Positions 32,035 through 40,891 of a stretch of DNA of 64,000 bases are shown one piece after another. Origin of the DNA: Phormidium sp. (GTDB lineage Bacteria; Cyanobacteriota; Cyanobacteriia; Cyanobacteriales; Aerosakkonemataceae); contig CP143273.1 of the NCBI GenBank assembly GCA_051013385.1, positions 1,248,001 through 1,312,000 on the forward strand, given 5' to 3'. A program made the translations under genes and the position numbers. Every line of letters starts with the position of its first letter. Within the stretch, counting starts at the first letter, position 1. Below the pieces are notes generated by a model. That model had not been told where the DNA came from, made no database searches, and saw only the letters and a list, made by a program, of their open reading frames with translations.

Positions 32035-32304
32035 ATGGGCGCAAACATTTCTCAACATTACCGAAAATCCTTACAACCCTTCGTCGATCCAGAAATCCTA
32101 GAAGGAGTAGATTATCTACCCGAAATACCGGAAACTACAGTAAAGGCTCCCGGCGCTGCTGCAAGTAAAGATCGGCAAGGAGAGAAGTTTTTGATTTTAC
32201 TATTAGCAGGGTTGTGCTTATTTGGAGCAACCTACAATCATGCAGTTAACTTTGCACAAAACCTGCCTTTTTTGCCTCTAATGAGTCATTCTGCTAGCGA
32301 GTAA
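32035..32304 (+). CDS. Small hypothetical protein with one TM segment
   Basis: 89-aa ORF with hydrophobic C-terminal segment. Confidence 0.55.
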   Translation: MGANISQHYRKSLQPFVDPEILEGVDYLPEIPETTVKAPGAAASKDRQGEKFLILLLAGLCLFGATYNHAVNFAQNLPFLPLMSHSASE

Positions 32305-32557
32305 GCAATTCAGAATTAAGGCAAATTCTAAATTGAATCGAGAGGATATCCTTCGATAGCAAGACCCGAGAAAGTGGGGCAAAATTGCTCGGCGCAACAG
32401 TTTAGAGTCGCTGAGTGACAGGGAATTTTTGAGCATAGAGAATCCTTATGTAATTAAGTTTTTAGAATCAATAAGAAAGACGATCGCGGCTTGCCTAATT
32501 TTAGGCACTTTAAATATAAAGCCGTCGATCATCCGATAAAGTTTTAACTTTTTTAAG

Positions 32558-33268
32558 TTATTGAAATTGGACTTGTCCTGCTTGTAAATAAAGAGCTTGG
32601 TTTTGCAGTGTTTTGGCTTCAGCAGGACTCAAACCCCATTGTTGTTGTGCTTGTTGCGTGCTAGGTACTGGTCTTAATACACCCGTTAAATTAAGGGTTT
32701 GTCCGGGTTTAATTACAATTTTATTTTCTGCACTTCCGGCATCTAATGGTGGTTCAAGAACGACAAAAACTGGTTGACCATTTGGTTGTCCGATCCAAAA
32801 AGTGCGATCGCCATTTACATTTTGAACTCTCACATTTGTTAACTGAACTTGTCTATTTAAAATCGATTGTCTATCTGATGTATTAGCAATTATAGCTACA
32901 TCAGTAATTGGTTCGCTGGGATCAGCAGCAGGGTTAGCAGTAGGTGAAATTTGGGTATCAGGAGTAGTAACAACACTGGGAGAAGCAGCCGTTGGCGACT
33001 GAGGTACGGGAGTAGCAACAATGGTGTTAGCGGGAACGGGAGAGGGAGTAACAACGACGGTAGTTGGTGCGGCAGTTGGGGTAACAACTACAGTTGGTGC
33101 GGCAGTTGGGGTAACAACTACTGTGGGAGTTGCTTGGGGAGTGGCATTAACGTTGGGATTTTCCGCAGTTCGATTTTCGCAAGCAGCGATCGTACTTGTT
33201 AAGAGTAATAAACAAGTTGCTTTACCAAGCAAATTCCTTTTTTGTCTTAAATTATTATTGACTTGCAT
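32558..33268 (-). CDS. Pro/Thr-rich lipoprotein
   Basis: Lipobox IAAC, low-complexity linker, C-terminal OB-like GDRTFWIG domain. Confidence 0.75.
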   Translation of the reverse strand: MQVNNNLRQKRNLLGKATCLLLLTSTIAACENRTAENPNVNATPQATPTVVVTPTAAPTVVVTPTAAPTTVVVTPSPVPANTIVATPVPQSPTAASPSVVTTPDTQISPTANPAADPSEPITDVAIIANTSDRQSILNRQVQLTNVRVQNVNGDRTFWIGQPNGQPVFVVLEPPLDAGSAENKIVIKPGQTLNLTGVLRPVPSTQQAQQQWGLSPAEAKTLQNQALYLQAGQVQFQ

Positions 33269-33362
33269 CTTTAAAAAATTCTCCTAAATTAGGTATTTTT
33301 GAAATTAGAATTAGCTTAGAAATTAGTCATCAACTGCGCTTCTATCTTATGGAATACAGTTG

Positions 33363-34442
33363 CTAACGATTTCTTCTTCGATCGCCTAAACGTTTGATTA
33401 ATCCTGGTAATCCAATTTTTTTAGACTGCCGTCGATTTACTCTGTTAGTAGCTTGGGATTCGCTCGCAGCATCTACGTCTTCTTTATAGGGAATTCCTTG
33501 CTGAATGCGATCGTCCTTAGTCATAGAAACAGCATTTTCATCAGGCATAATTTGCGAACCAAAACTTCTGGCATAAACTTGGGTAAACTCTGCGCCAAAA
33601 AATAATATTTGAGCCGCATAATAAACCCAAGCCAGGATAATGATTAGTGAACCAGCTGCACCGTAAGTAGAACCAAAACTACCATTTCCCAAATACCAAC
33701 CGAGTAAAAATCTACCAATACTGAATAGTAGAGAAGTAATTATCGCTCCAATCCAAACATCTCCCCAAGTGATGTGTACATTGGGCAGAAATTTGAAAAT
33801 CATGGCAAACAAAAAGGTAGTTACGCCAAAACCAACCACAAAATTAATTACTTGCCAAAGTACGTCAAAACCAGGAACTAAGTGACTAAAATAAGTACTA
33901 ATTGCTGATAAAGTAGCGCTAAGAAGCAGAGATACCAACAACAAAAAACCAATTCCTAACACCATTGAAAAAGATAAAAGGTTGCGCTGAACGAATCCTT
34001 TTAGTGGGCGATTAGGTTTTGGTTGAACTTCCCAAATAGTATTTAGCGAATCTTGGAGTTGAGCAAATACACCAATAGCACCAAATAATAAAGCACCAAT
34101 ACTAATCAGAGAAGCGATTCTTCCTGTCGCTGGTTGATTAGCATTTTGAATGGCTGTTTCAATTACTTCTGCACCACTTCTGCCAACTAAACCTTGAATT
34201 TGGGTAACAATTTCCCCTCTGGCGGCTTCTTCTCCAAATACTAGTCCGGCGATCGCAATTACAATTACTAACAAAGGTGCAATAGAAAAAATCGTATAAT
34301 AAGCTAAAGCTGCTGCTAAACGCGAAGCTTTATCTTCATTCCATTCATCAAAAGTTTGTTTCAGTAATTGCCATATTGTCCACAAATTTAGCCTTTTGAT
34401 TTTCTTTATTAAACTTGATTTTTCCTTGACAGTTTGTGACAT
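33363..34442 (-). CDS. YihY/BrkB family membrane protein
   Basis: AAALAYYTIFSIAPLL, TYGAAGS...WVYY...FGAE. Confidence 0.93.
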   Translation of the reverse strand: MSQTVKEKSSLIKKIKRLNLWTIWQLLKQTFDEWNEDKASRLAAALAYYTIFSIAPLLVIVIAIAGLVFGEEAARGEIVTQIQGLVGRSGAEVIETAIQNANQPATGRIASLISIGALLFGAIGVFAQLQDSLNTIWEVQPKPNRPLKGFVQRNLLSFSMVLGIGFLLLVSLLLSATLSAISTYFSHLVPGFDVLWQVINFVVGFGVTTFLFAMIFKFLPNVHITWGDVWIGAIITSLLFSIGRFLLGWYLGNGSFGSTYGAAGSLIIILAWVYYAAQILFFGAEFTQVYARSFGSQIMPDENAVSMTKDDRIQQGIPYKEDVDAASESQATNRVNRRQSKKIGLPGLIKRLGDRRRNR

Positions 34443-34715
34443 TTTTAATATCGACTTTATGGGTTAAGCTGATTAATTTATATTTACTATTAACATCCAT
34501 ATCTTGCATCTATCCAACGAGCTAAATCAATTTTAAACCTATAGCAATTTCTTAGGTGGCTCCGACATTCTGAATGGCTAAAACCATTGTTTTTATTGCC
34601 TTCTACCTTCCACCTTGGAGCCTTATGCTATATCACCTATTCGGCTTATATCTTTAGGTTGAGTGACAATATTATGAGTTTGGAGTTTACTAAAAATAGA
34701 GCTAAAAATGGGAAA

Positions 34716-35498
34716 ATGCAACTTAAAGAAAGAGTGGCGCTAATTACAGGCGCGGGTTCAGGAATTGGTAAAGCTGCCGCTCATTTGCTGGCAAAAGAAG
34801 GCGCTAAAATTGCTGCATTGGGTTTGACAGAAAAAGAATTAGCCGAAACAGTTAGCAAAATTCACAGCAATGGTGGGGAGGCAATTACTTTAATTGCTGA
34901 TATTTCTCAACCCGAAGCAATGCAAAAGGCAGTTCAACAAATTGTGGATAAATGGGGCAGAATTGATATTGTTTTTGCCAATGCGGGAATTAATGGGGTT
35001 TGGGCACCAATTGAGGAATTGCAACCGGAAGAGTGGGATAAAACTTTAAATGTTAATTTGAAAGGAACTTTTTTAACAGTTAAATATGCTGTTCCTTCTT
35101 TAAAAAAACAAGGCGGTTCTGTAATTATTACTGCCTCTGTTAATGGCACAAGAATTTTTAGTAATACTGGTGCAACGGCTTATTCTTGTTCTAAAGCGGC
35201 GCAAGTTGCTTTTACTAAAATGATCGCTTTGGAATTAGCAGAACATCGCGTGCGGGTAAATGTAATTTGTCCGGGAGCAATTGAAACTAACATTAATGAA
35301 AGCACCCAAAAACGTAATTTAGAACAGGTGAAAGAACCTGTAGAATTTCCCGAAGGAGAGATACCTTTAACCGATGGCGAACCGGGAACTTCGGAACAAG
35401 TGGCGCAGTTGGTGTTATTTTTAGCTAGTGATGCTTCTAACCATATTAGCGGCACAGAAATTTGGATTGATGGAGCACAATCTTTGTTACAAGGTTAA
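34716..35498 (+). CDS. SDR family oxidoreductase
   Basis: TGAGSGIG, YSCSK, NVICPG. Confidence 0.92.
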   Translation: MQLKERVALITGAGSGIGKAAAHLLAKEGAKIAALGLTEKELAETVSKIHSNGGEAITLIADISQPEAMQKAVQQIVDKWGRIDIVFANAGINGVWAPIEELQPEEWDKTLNVNLKGTFLTVKYAVPSLKKQGGSVIITASVNGTRIFSNTGATAYSCSKAAQVAFTKMIALELAEHRVRVNVICPGAIETNINESTQKRNLEQVKEPVEFPEGEIPLTDGEPGTSEQVAQLVLFLASDASNHISGTEIWIDGAQSLLQG

Positions 35499-35552
35499 TT
35501 ATCATAAAGTCTGTTGTAACGACTTTAGTCGTATATTCCTCGCATAAAAGGA

Positions 35553-35924
35553 CTAAAGTCCTGACAAAGGTAAGCCTTTGGTTATCCGATGAATCAAAAA
35601 AGCTACTAATAGTGGATCGATGAGGTCTACAAATGATATGACTATACTCAGCCAATTAAATCCAAAAATTGTGCTGTTACCAATCAGTTCGCTTAATAAT
35701 ATTGCAGGCCAAACACGATAACCCAATGTCAATACAGCTGCTAAGTAAATCCCTACAGAAGGCCAAACGACTATTACACCATTTTCAAATGCCAGCGATT
35801 TTGCAGCTTGGATCAGGCAAACGTGAATTATTGGCAGAGTCAGCATGGATAAGATGACTATTGGGTGCAAGGAAGAAGACAGTTTTTTTAGCATATCTTG
35901 ATAGAATTTCCCACTATCTAGCAT
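35553..35924 (-). pseudogene. Truncated MASE1-domain sensor gene
   Basis: VWPSVGIYLAAVL-LGYRVWPAI; ORF ends inside a GACT-N-AGTC repeat with no output domain. Confidence 0.65.
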
Positions 35925-36131
35925 AGTCTTCTTAAATTATTCCCTTAGATAGTGGTCTTTTCTGTATATACTTTAGGCTAATGAAGATATTTTAATCTTC
36001 ATCTACCTTTAGATGGATTTATAATAAATTATTTGAAATTTTATGTAAGGCTTCCAGAATCTTGTCCCTGTTCCGTTCGCTTACCAAAATGCACCTTTTT
36101 AGACCTATAGCTGATCAATTTATCCGGTTAA

Positions 36132-37046
36132 TTAGGCAATTACCGTTTCTTCTCCTTTTAACTGTTTGAGCAAATCTAATGTTTGTTGATAAGCGGTGAT
36201 GTTTTCTTGAAAAAGGAAGTTTTGCGCCGCTTTTCGTAAGTCGAGTAATGCTTGGCGTTCATTTCCTAATTGATAGTAAGCTATACCTCGGTTGGCGTAA
36301 GCTTCAGCGTAATTAGGGTTAAGTTTTAAGGCTACAGTTAGGTCTTCAATAGCTGCGGTATAATTTAAAATGCGTTGATTGGCACAAGCGCGATTAAAGT
36401 AAGTTCGGTAGTCTTGTTGATTTAAATGAATAGCTTGGCTAAAATCTGCGATCGCTCCCACACCATCATTTAACATTAAGCGAATTGTGCCGCGATCGTT
36501 ATAAACTTGTGCTAATTGAAAAGTGTCTTGTACAGGCATTAAAGTTAAAGTTTGATTATAATCGCTAATTGCTTGTTGATAATCTTGTAATTCACTTTTA
36601 GCTAAAGCTCGATTGTAATAAGCGCGAAAATCAATCGGTTTTAATTTAATTACTTGGTTATAATCTGCGATCGCACCCTGATAATCTCCTAGTTTATAGT
36701 AAGCCAAACCTCGATTCAAAAAAGATTCTGTATTTTGCGAATTTAAACTAACAGCTTGCGTACAATCTTGAATTGCACTTTCATATTCTCCCTGTTGTAA
36801 ATAAGCCAAACAACGATTACTAAAAGCCGCAGAAAAATCCTGTTTTAAATCAATTGCGTTCGTAAAATCTTGTACAGCTTTCGGGTAATTTTGGCTTTGC
36901 ATTTGCTGTACACCTGCGCGAAAAAACTCCTGGGCGCTCATCTGCACAGAAGAATTTGCTAGACTGAGCGCTGTCGCAGGAGGTGAGTAAATTATCAGAG
37001 CCAAAGTGATGCACAAGCTGACCAATAATTGAACTAAATAAATCAT
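36132..37046 (-). CDS. Tetratricopeptide repeat protein
   Basis: Repeated AYxNRG...AIxDY motifs; signal peptide. Confidence 0.88.
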   Translation of the reverse strand: MIYLVQLLVSLCITLALIIYSPPATALSLANSSVQMSAQEFFRAGVQQMQSQNYPKAVQDFTNAIDLKQDFSAAFSNRCLAYLQQGEYESAIQDCTQAVSLNSQNTESFLNRGLAYYKLGDYQGAIADYNQVIKLKPIDFRAYYNRALAKSELQDYQQAISDYNQTLTLMPVQDTFQLAQVYNDRGTIRLMLNDGVGAIADFSQAIHLNQQDYRTYFNRACANQRILNYTAAIEDLTVALKLNPNYAEAYANRGIAYYQLGNERQALLDLRKAAQNFLFQENITAYQQTLDLLKQLKGEETVIA

Positions 37047-37113
37047 AATTCCGATCTCCTTGAGCATCTCAATTAGCAAAATTTACAGCCAAAAATTTTC
37101 CCGAAAGTTAAAA

Positions 37114-37449
37114 TTATTTCCAACCTTTTTCGGAACTTGCTAACACATAGCTAGCAACATCTTCGATTTGCCCATCGGTGAGTCTGCCTTTAAAAGCAGG
37201 CATCCCACCTTTACCTTTTGTTACCTGAGTTACAATGGCTTCCAGGGAATTCATGCCATACTTTTCTAAATCAGCCTTTGCCAAAGTTTTCTGAGGATTA
37301 ACTAGATTTTTTCCCCCGGCATGACAAGCAGCACAATTTGCACTAAAAAGTTTCGCACCGCTAGCAACATCACCAGCAAGAACGGGACGGACAAAGGTAA
37401 AATTCAATACTATACTCACAAGTAAAATGAGCGACAAAATCTTTCTCAC
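37114..37449 (-). CDS. petJ: Cytochrome c6
   Basis: GTG start with AGGAG RBS, signal peptide, [13 protein letters not shown]. Confidence 0.95.
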   Translation of the reverse strand: MRKILSLILLVSIVLNFTFVRPVLAGDVASGAKLFSANCAACHAGGKNLVNPQKTLAKADLEKYGMNSLEAIVTQVTKGKGGMPAFKGRLTDGQIEDVASYVLASSEKGWK

Positions 37450-37528
37450 AGTGTTCTCCTCTGACAAGTTCTTGCATTTAGCAGACATATTCCGACAATT
37501 GTGGAGAAAGCCGCTTTCTTTGTCAAAA

Positions 37529-37539
37529 GACAGGCTGTA
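37529..37539. promoter_or_regulatory. Candidate PetR operator (GAC-N5-GTA)
   Basis: GACAGGCTGTA ~80 bp upstream of petJ; resembles the GAC-N5-GTC motif I recall for PetR (not verified). Confidence 0.4.
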
Positions 37540-37607
37540 AAACTTCCCAGAAAACACTTATAATTTAACGGAACTGGATTTTACAACCTTAGATTAATTA
37601 TCGTCGC

Positions 37608-37736
37608 CCCTGCGACTTTAGTCGCGGACTATACAAACAAAACCTGCCTCCGCAGGTTCCAAAATTGGTTTATTCTCTTTATTCTAAGAGTCAGCGTAGG
37701 CGGACTTTGGTTGTATAGTTGCGGTTTTAACTGCCA
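37608..37736. repeat. GCGACTTTAGTCGC/GCGTAGGCGGACTT composite repeat in the petJ-petR intergenic region
   Basis: Nested inverted repeats, followed by an (AAAATCT)n heptamer run at ~37758-37786. Confidence 0.7.
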
Positions 37737-37787
37737 GATCTATCTGTGGTATCAATCCAAAATCTAAAATCTAAAATCTAAAATCAG

Positions 37788-38207
37788 ATGACAGCTTTAC
37801 CAAATTATCGTCCTAAACAGTTATCCCTTGGCCCTTTGGAAAGGGAAATTTTACAGATTATTTGGGAATTAGGAGAAGTTACGGTTAAGGATGTTCACGA
37901 TCGCATTTTAGCCGATCCAGACCGTGAGTTAGCTTATGCTTCGGTGACGACTGTGTTACGACGTTTAACAGAAAAAGGCTGGCTAAGTTGTGATAAAAAA
38001 GGCAAAATATACTTGTGGCGACCTTTAGTTTCCCAATCTCAAGCACAAGCGATCGAAGCTTACGAGAAATTACAAGGTTTTTTAGCAGTAGGAAACCCAG
38101 ATATTGTGGCAGCTTTTGCTGATAGCTTAGATACCGCTAGTGTAGAACAATTAAAAGCGATCGCACAAAGAATTCAAGCCGCACGTCGCGCCAGGGAGGA
38201 AGAATAA
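37788..38207 (+). CDS. petR: BlaI/CopY family regulator
   Basis: SLGPLE-EI, LAYASVTTVLRRL-KGW; divergent from petJ. Confidence 0.88.
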   Translation: MTALPNYRPKQLSLGPLEREILQIIWELGEVTVKDVHDRILADPDRELAYASVTTVLRRLTEKGWLSCDKKGKIYLWRPLVSQSQAQAIEAYEKLQGFLAVGNPDIVAAFADSLDTASVEQLKAIAQRIQAARRAREEE

Positions 38208-39046
38208 TGCACCTAATTATGATTTTCTCAGTCTTAGCTTTTGCTTGGTTGCTGCGAACAATTGACTTACCAAAAGCTGAAAATTGGGCAACTCGCACTT
38301 CCCAAACATTACTATTATTTTTGTTTTCTCCCTTACTTCTGTTAACCACTTCATTTGCTCTCCTTTGTATGGGTGCATCTGGACAAATGATTGGGTTACA
38401 AACAAGTTGGGTTGGTTACTTGTTGGCGTTAGGTTTTTTGGGTTTTTCTGCGGTGAAATTTTGGCAGTTAATTGGCGAAGGTTTACATACTGTAAGTCTG
38501 ATTCGCAGCTATCCTGTGCAAAAACTCCAAGGTAAAAATTGCCGCCTTTTTGATACTGACATTCCTTACAGCGCATTAATCGGTTTTTGGCAACCGGAAT
38601 TAGTAGTAAGTCAAGGATTATTAGACAGTTTGGCACCCGATCAATTAGATGCAGTAATTGCCCATGAAGAGGCACATTACTATTATCGAGATACATTTTG
38701 GTTTTTTTGGTTGGGGTGGTTGCGATCGATCACTTTTTGGTTGCCAAACACCGAAAAGTTGTGGCAAGAATTGTTAATCTTGCGCGAACTTCGAGCCGAT
38801 AATTGGGCTGCGAAAATTGTCGATCCTTTAACCTTAGCTGAATCCTTATTACTAGTAGTCAGTCAGCCTGTTTTGTCCCTGAATTTTGCCGCTGAATTCA
38901 GCGCCGTAGCACCATTAAATCGTTTAAATGAGCGAATCGAAGCATTGTTAACCACAGAGAAAATCAAATATAAAATTAATTGGTGGTCTTGGACTTGGTT
39001 AGTTTTTGTGTTGCTACCTTTGGCTGTGATTCCTTTACATAATTGA
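38207..39046 (+). CDS. petP: M56/M48-type membrane metalloprotease
   Basis: HEEAH, ELRAD; TAATG overlap with petR. Confidence 0.88.
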   Translation: MHLIMIFSVLAFAWLLRTIDLPKAENWATRTSQTLLLFLFSPLLLLTTSFALLCMGASGQMIGLQTSWVGYLLALGFLGFSAVKFWQLIGEGLHTVSLIRSYPVQKLQGKNCRLFDTDIPYSALIGFWQPELVVSQGLLDSLAPDQLDAVIAHEEAHYYYRDTFWFFWLGWLRSITFWLPNTEKLWQELLILRELRADNWAAKIVDPLTLAESLLLVVSQPVLSLNFAAEFSAVAPLNRLNERIEALLTTEKIKYKINWWSWTWLVFVLLPLAVIPLHN

Positions 39047-39145
39047 GGGATTGGGGATTGGGTAAGTTTTGAGTTTTGAGTTTTGAGTTTTGAATTTTTC
39101 TCTCCTCTGCTCCCCTGCTCCCTTGCTCCCCTGCTCCCCTGCTCC
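39046..39145. repeat. Composite short tandem repeats (GGGGATT, TTTTGAG, CTCCCCTG)
   Basis: Directly visible between convergent genes. Confidence 0.85.
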
Positions 39146-39439
39146 TTAATCCGCGACGTAGCGCCACCCTTCTGGCTGATATTCGCGTTGAATGCGAATC
39201 AGCCAATCGCCTTGGGGAATAGCGATTTTTTCATGTTCTTCATGAGTTAGTAGTGCTGTGGGTGACAATACTTTTAAGTACAGGGTTCCATTGCGTTCAT
39301 ATAATTCTGCTTCCCCTTCGCTAATGCGGTGTTTGTGTCCCGTGACTTCACCTTCTGCTAACGTCAGGTGAGGCAGTTGTTCTCCTTCAATAGATTGCGT
39401 AGGAATTAAAATTACGTCGCCTTGTCTGATTGGTTGCAT
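39146..39439 (-). CDS. Small conserved His-rich protein (RQGDV...EGEVTGHxH...HEEH...QREY)
   Basis: 97 aa, GAGGA RBS; family I recognise as a usual neighbour of DUF6745 genes. Confidence 0.8.
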   Translation of the reverse strand: MQPIRQGDVILIPTQSIEGEQLPHLTLAEGEVTGHKHRISEGEAELYERNGTLYLKVLSPTALLTHEEHEKIAIPQGDWLIRIQREYQPEGWRYVAD

Positions 39440-39497
39440 AGCAAATTTCCTCTCTTAAATATCTCTAAACTACATTTATTTTGCGTTCAATTCCAAC

Positions 39498-40535
39498 TTA
39501 AGTCTCCACAGCAAAAGCTTCCGGGTCAATATCCCAGTTTACCCAGCCAATCGCATCTCTGGCAGAAGTGAGATTAGGTGGTACGCGCAAGACGTGAATG
39601 TGTGCAGTACTCGGACAAGTCATTTTTAACAAATGGATTGGTTCGATGTCGATATTTGCATCTATCTTTAGTAGGGTATATTCGCGGTAACGATCGATCG
39701 CACTCGCCCCCAACTCTTGCATAATGCGATAACACCCAATCTGTTGAATCAAAACTCGCCGCACTTCCGCATTATTTTCTGTCAGTAACCATTGGGCTTT
39801 CCACTGACTTAAGTGTGTCCAGTAGCGGCGCGGAAGTCCAACACCAAAACAACCAACCGACAAATTCTGATTAGGATGGTTGGCTAAAGCCGATAAATTT
39901 TTAATTGGATTGCGGAGCAAATTGAGTTCTCTCAATGAATGCAAGTGTCCAATCTCTGCTGGCAAACTTGTTAGTTGGTTTTGCATCAGATAGAGCGATG
40001 TCAAAGAATCTAGTTGTCCAATCTGGGCTGGTAGACTCGTCAGTTGGTTGTGATTCAGATAGAGCGATGTCAAAGAATTTAGTTGTCCAATCTGGGCTGG
40101 TAGACTCGTCAGTTGGTTGTCAAACAGAGCGATCAATGTCAAAGAATGCAGCTGTCCAATCGATGCTGGTAGACTTGTCAATTGGTTATGGTTCACAGAG
40201 AGTTTTTTCAAAGAATGTAGCTGTCCAATTTCTACTGGCAAACTTGTTAGTTCGTTGTAACTCAGGTCGAGTTCTTCCAAAGAATGTAACTGTCCAATTT
40301 CTACTGGCAAACTTGTTAGTTGGTTATCGGAAATATCGAGGGATGTCAAAGAATGGAGTTGTCCTATCTCTGCTGGCAAAATTTCCAGTTTGTTATTGAA
40401 CAGAGAGAGTTCTGTCAAAGAATGGAGTTGTCCTATCTCTGCTGGCAAACTTGTTAGTTGGTAGCCGCCCAGATGGAGTTTTTTTGCATCTAAGGAATTG
40501 AGAATTTTCTGTCGCACTTCTTCAAACTCTGACAT
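39498..40535 (-). CDS. Leucine-rich repeat protein with C-terminal DUF6745-like domain
   Basis: About eight 23-aa LRRs (LxxLxLxxNQLTSLPxEIGQL); C-terminal WLLTENNAEVRR...KMTCPST...LRVPP...AI-WVNW. Confidence 0.85.
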   Translation of the reverse strand: MSEFEEVRQKILNSLDAKKLHLGGYQLTSLPAEIGQLHSLTELSLFNNKLEILPAEIGQLHSLTSLDISDNQLTSLPVEIGQLHSLEELDLSYNELTSLPVEIGQLHSLKKLSVNHNQLTSLPASIGQLHSLTLIALFDNQLTSLPAQIGQLNSLTSLYLNHNQLTSLPAQIGQLDSLTSLYLMQNQLTSLPAEIGHLHSLRELNLLRNPIKNLSALANHPNQNLSVGCFGVGLPRRYWTHLSQWKAQWLLTENNAEVRRVLIQQIGCYRIMQELGASAIDRYREYTLLKIDANIDIEPIHLLKMTCPSTAHIHVLRVPPNLTSARDAIGWVNWDIDPEAFAVET

Positions 40536-40593
40536 CGTTTCTTCCTTTGCCTAAGCAGATTGGGAAGGAGACAAGGACACAAGAGGAAATTGA

Positions 40594-40781
40594 TGTAGGG
40601 GCGGGTTTAACAGATAACCTTTGTCACTTACAAACAATCTCTGGACAAAACCCGCCCTTACCTCTGCTGTAATTACAAAATTAGCTGCGCTCACCAATTC
40701 CCTCAAACTCTGGAAGGGCGGGTTTTGTTGTTAATTCTTCTGCTGTGATTTCCGAATTATCTGCTCTCACCCGCCCCTACA
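40594..40781. repeat. Two inverted copies of the GTAGGGGCGGG REP family
   Basis: 40594-40661 and 40710-40781. Confidence 0.8.
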
Positions 40782-40891
40782 AATTCAACCAGGATTTATG
40801 GATTTACATGATGCTCAGGATTAATCAAGAAATCTGGTAAATCTGTAAATCCTGGTTAAAATTCCCCAGTCCCCAACCTCTCCATCGCCCC

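Noticed and set aside
37450..37557. N-terminal extension of cytochrome c6 in the ORF track (and of the SDR at 34587)
   Set aside because: Downstream starts (37449 with an RBS, and 34716) give family-typical N-termini
39935..40460. 69-bp periodic repeats resembling a CRISPR array, and a 154-aa antisense ORF
   Set aside because: Coding LRR units with no unique spacers; no cas genes
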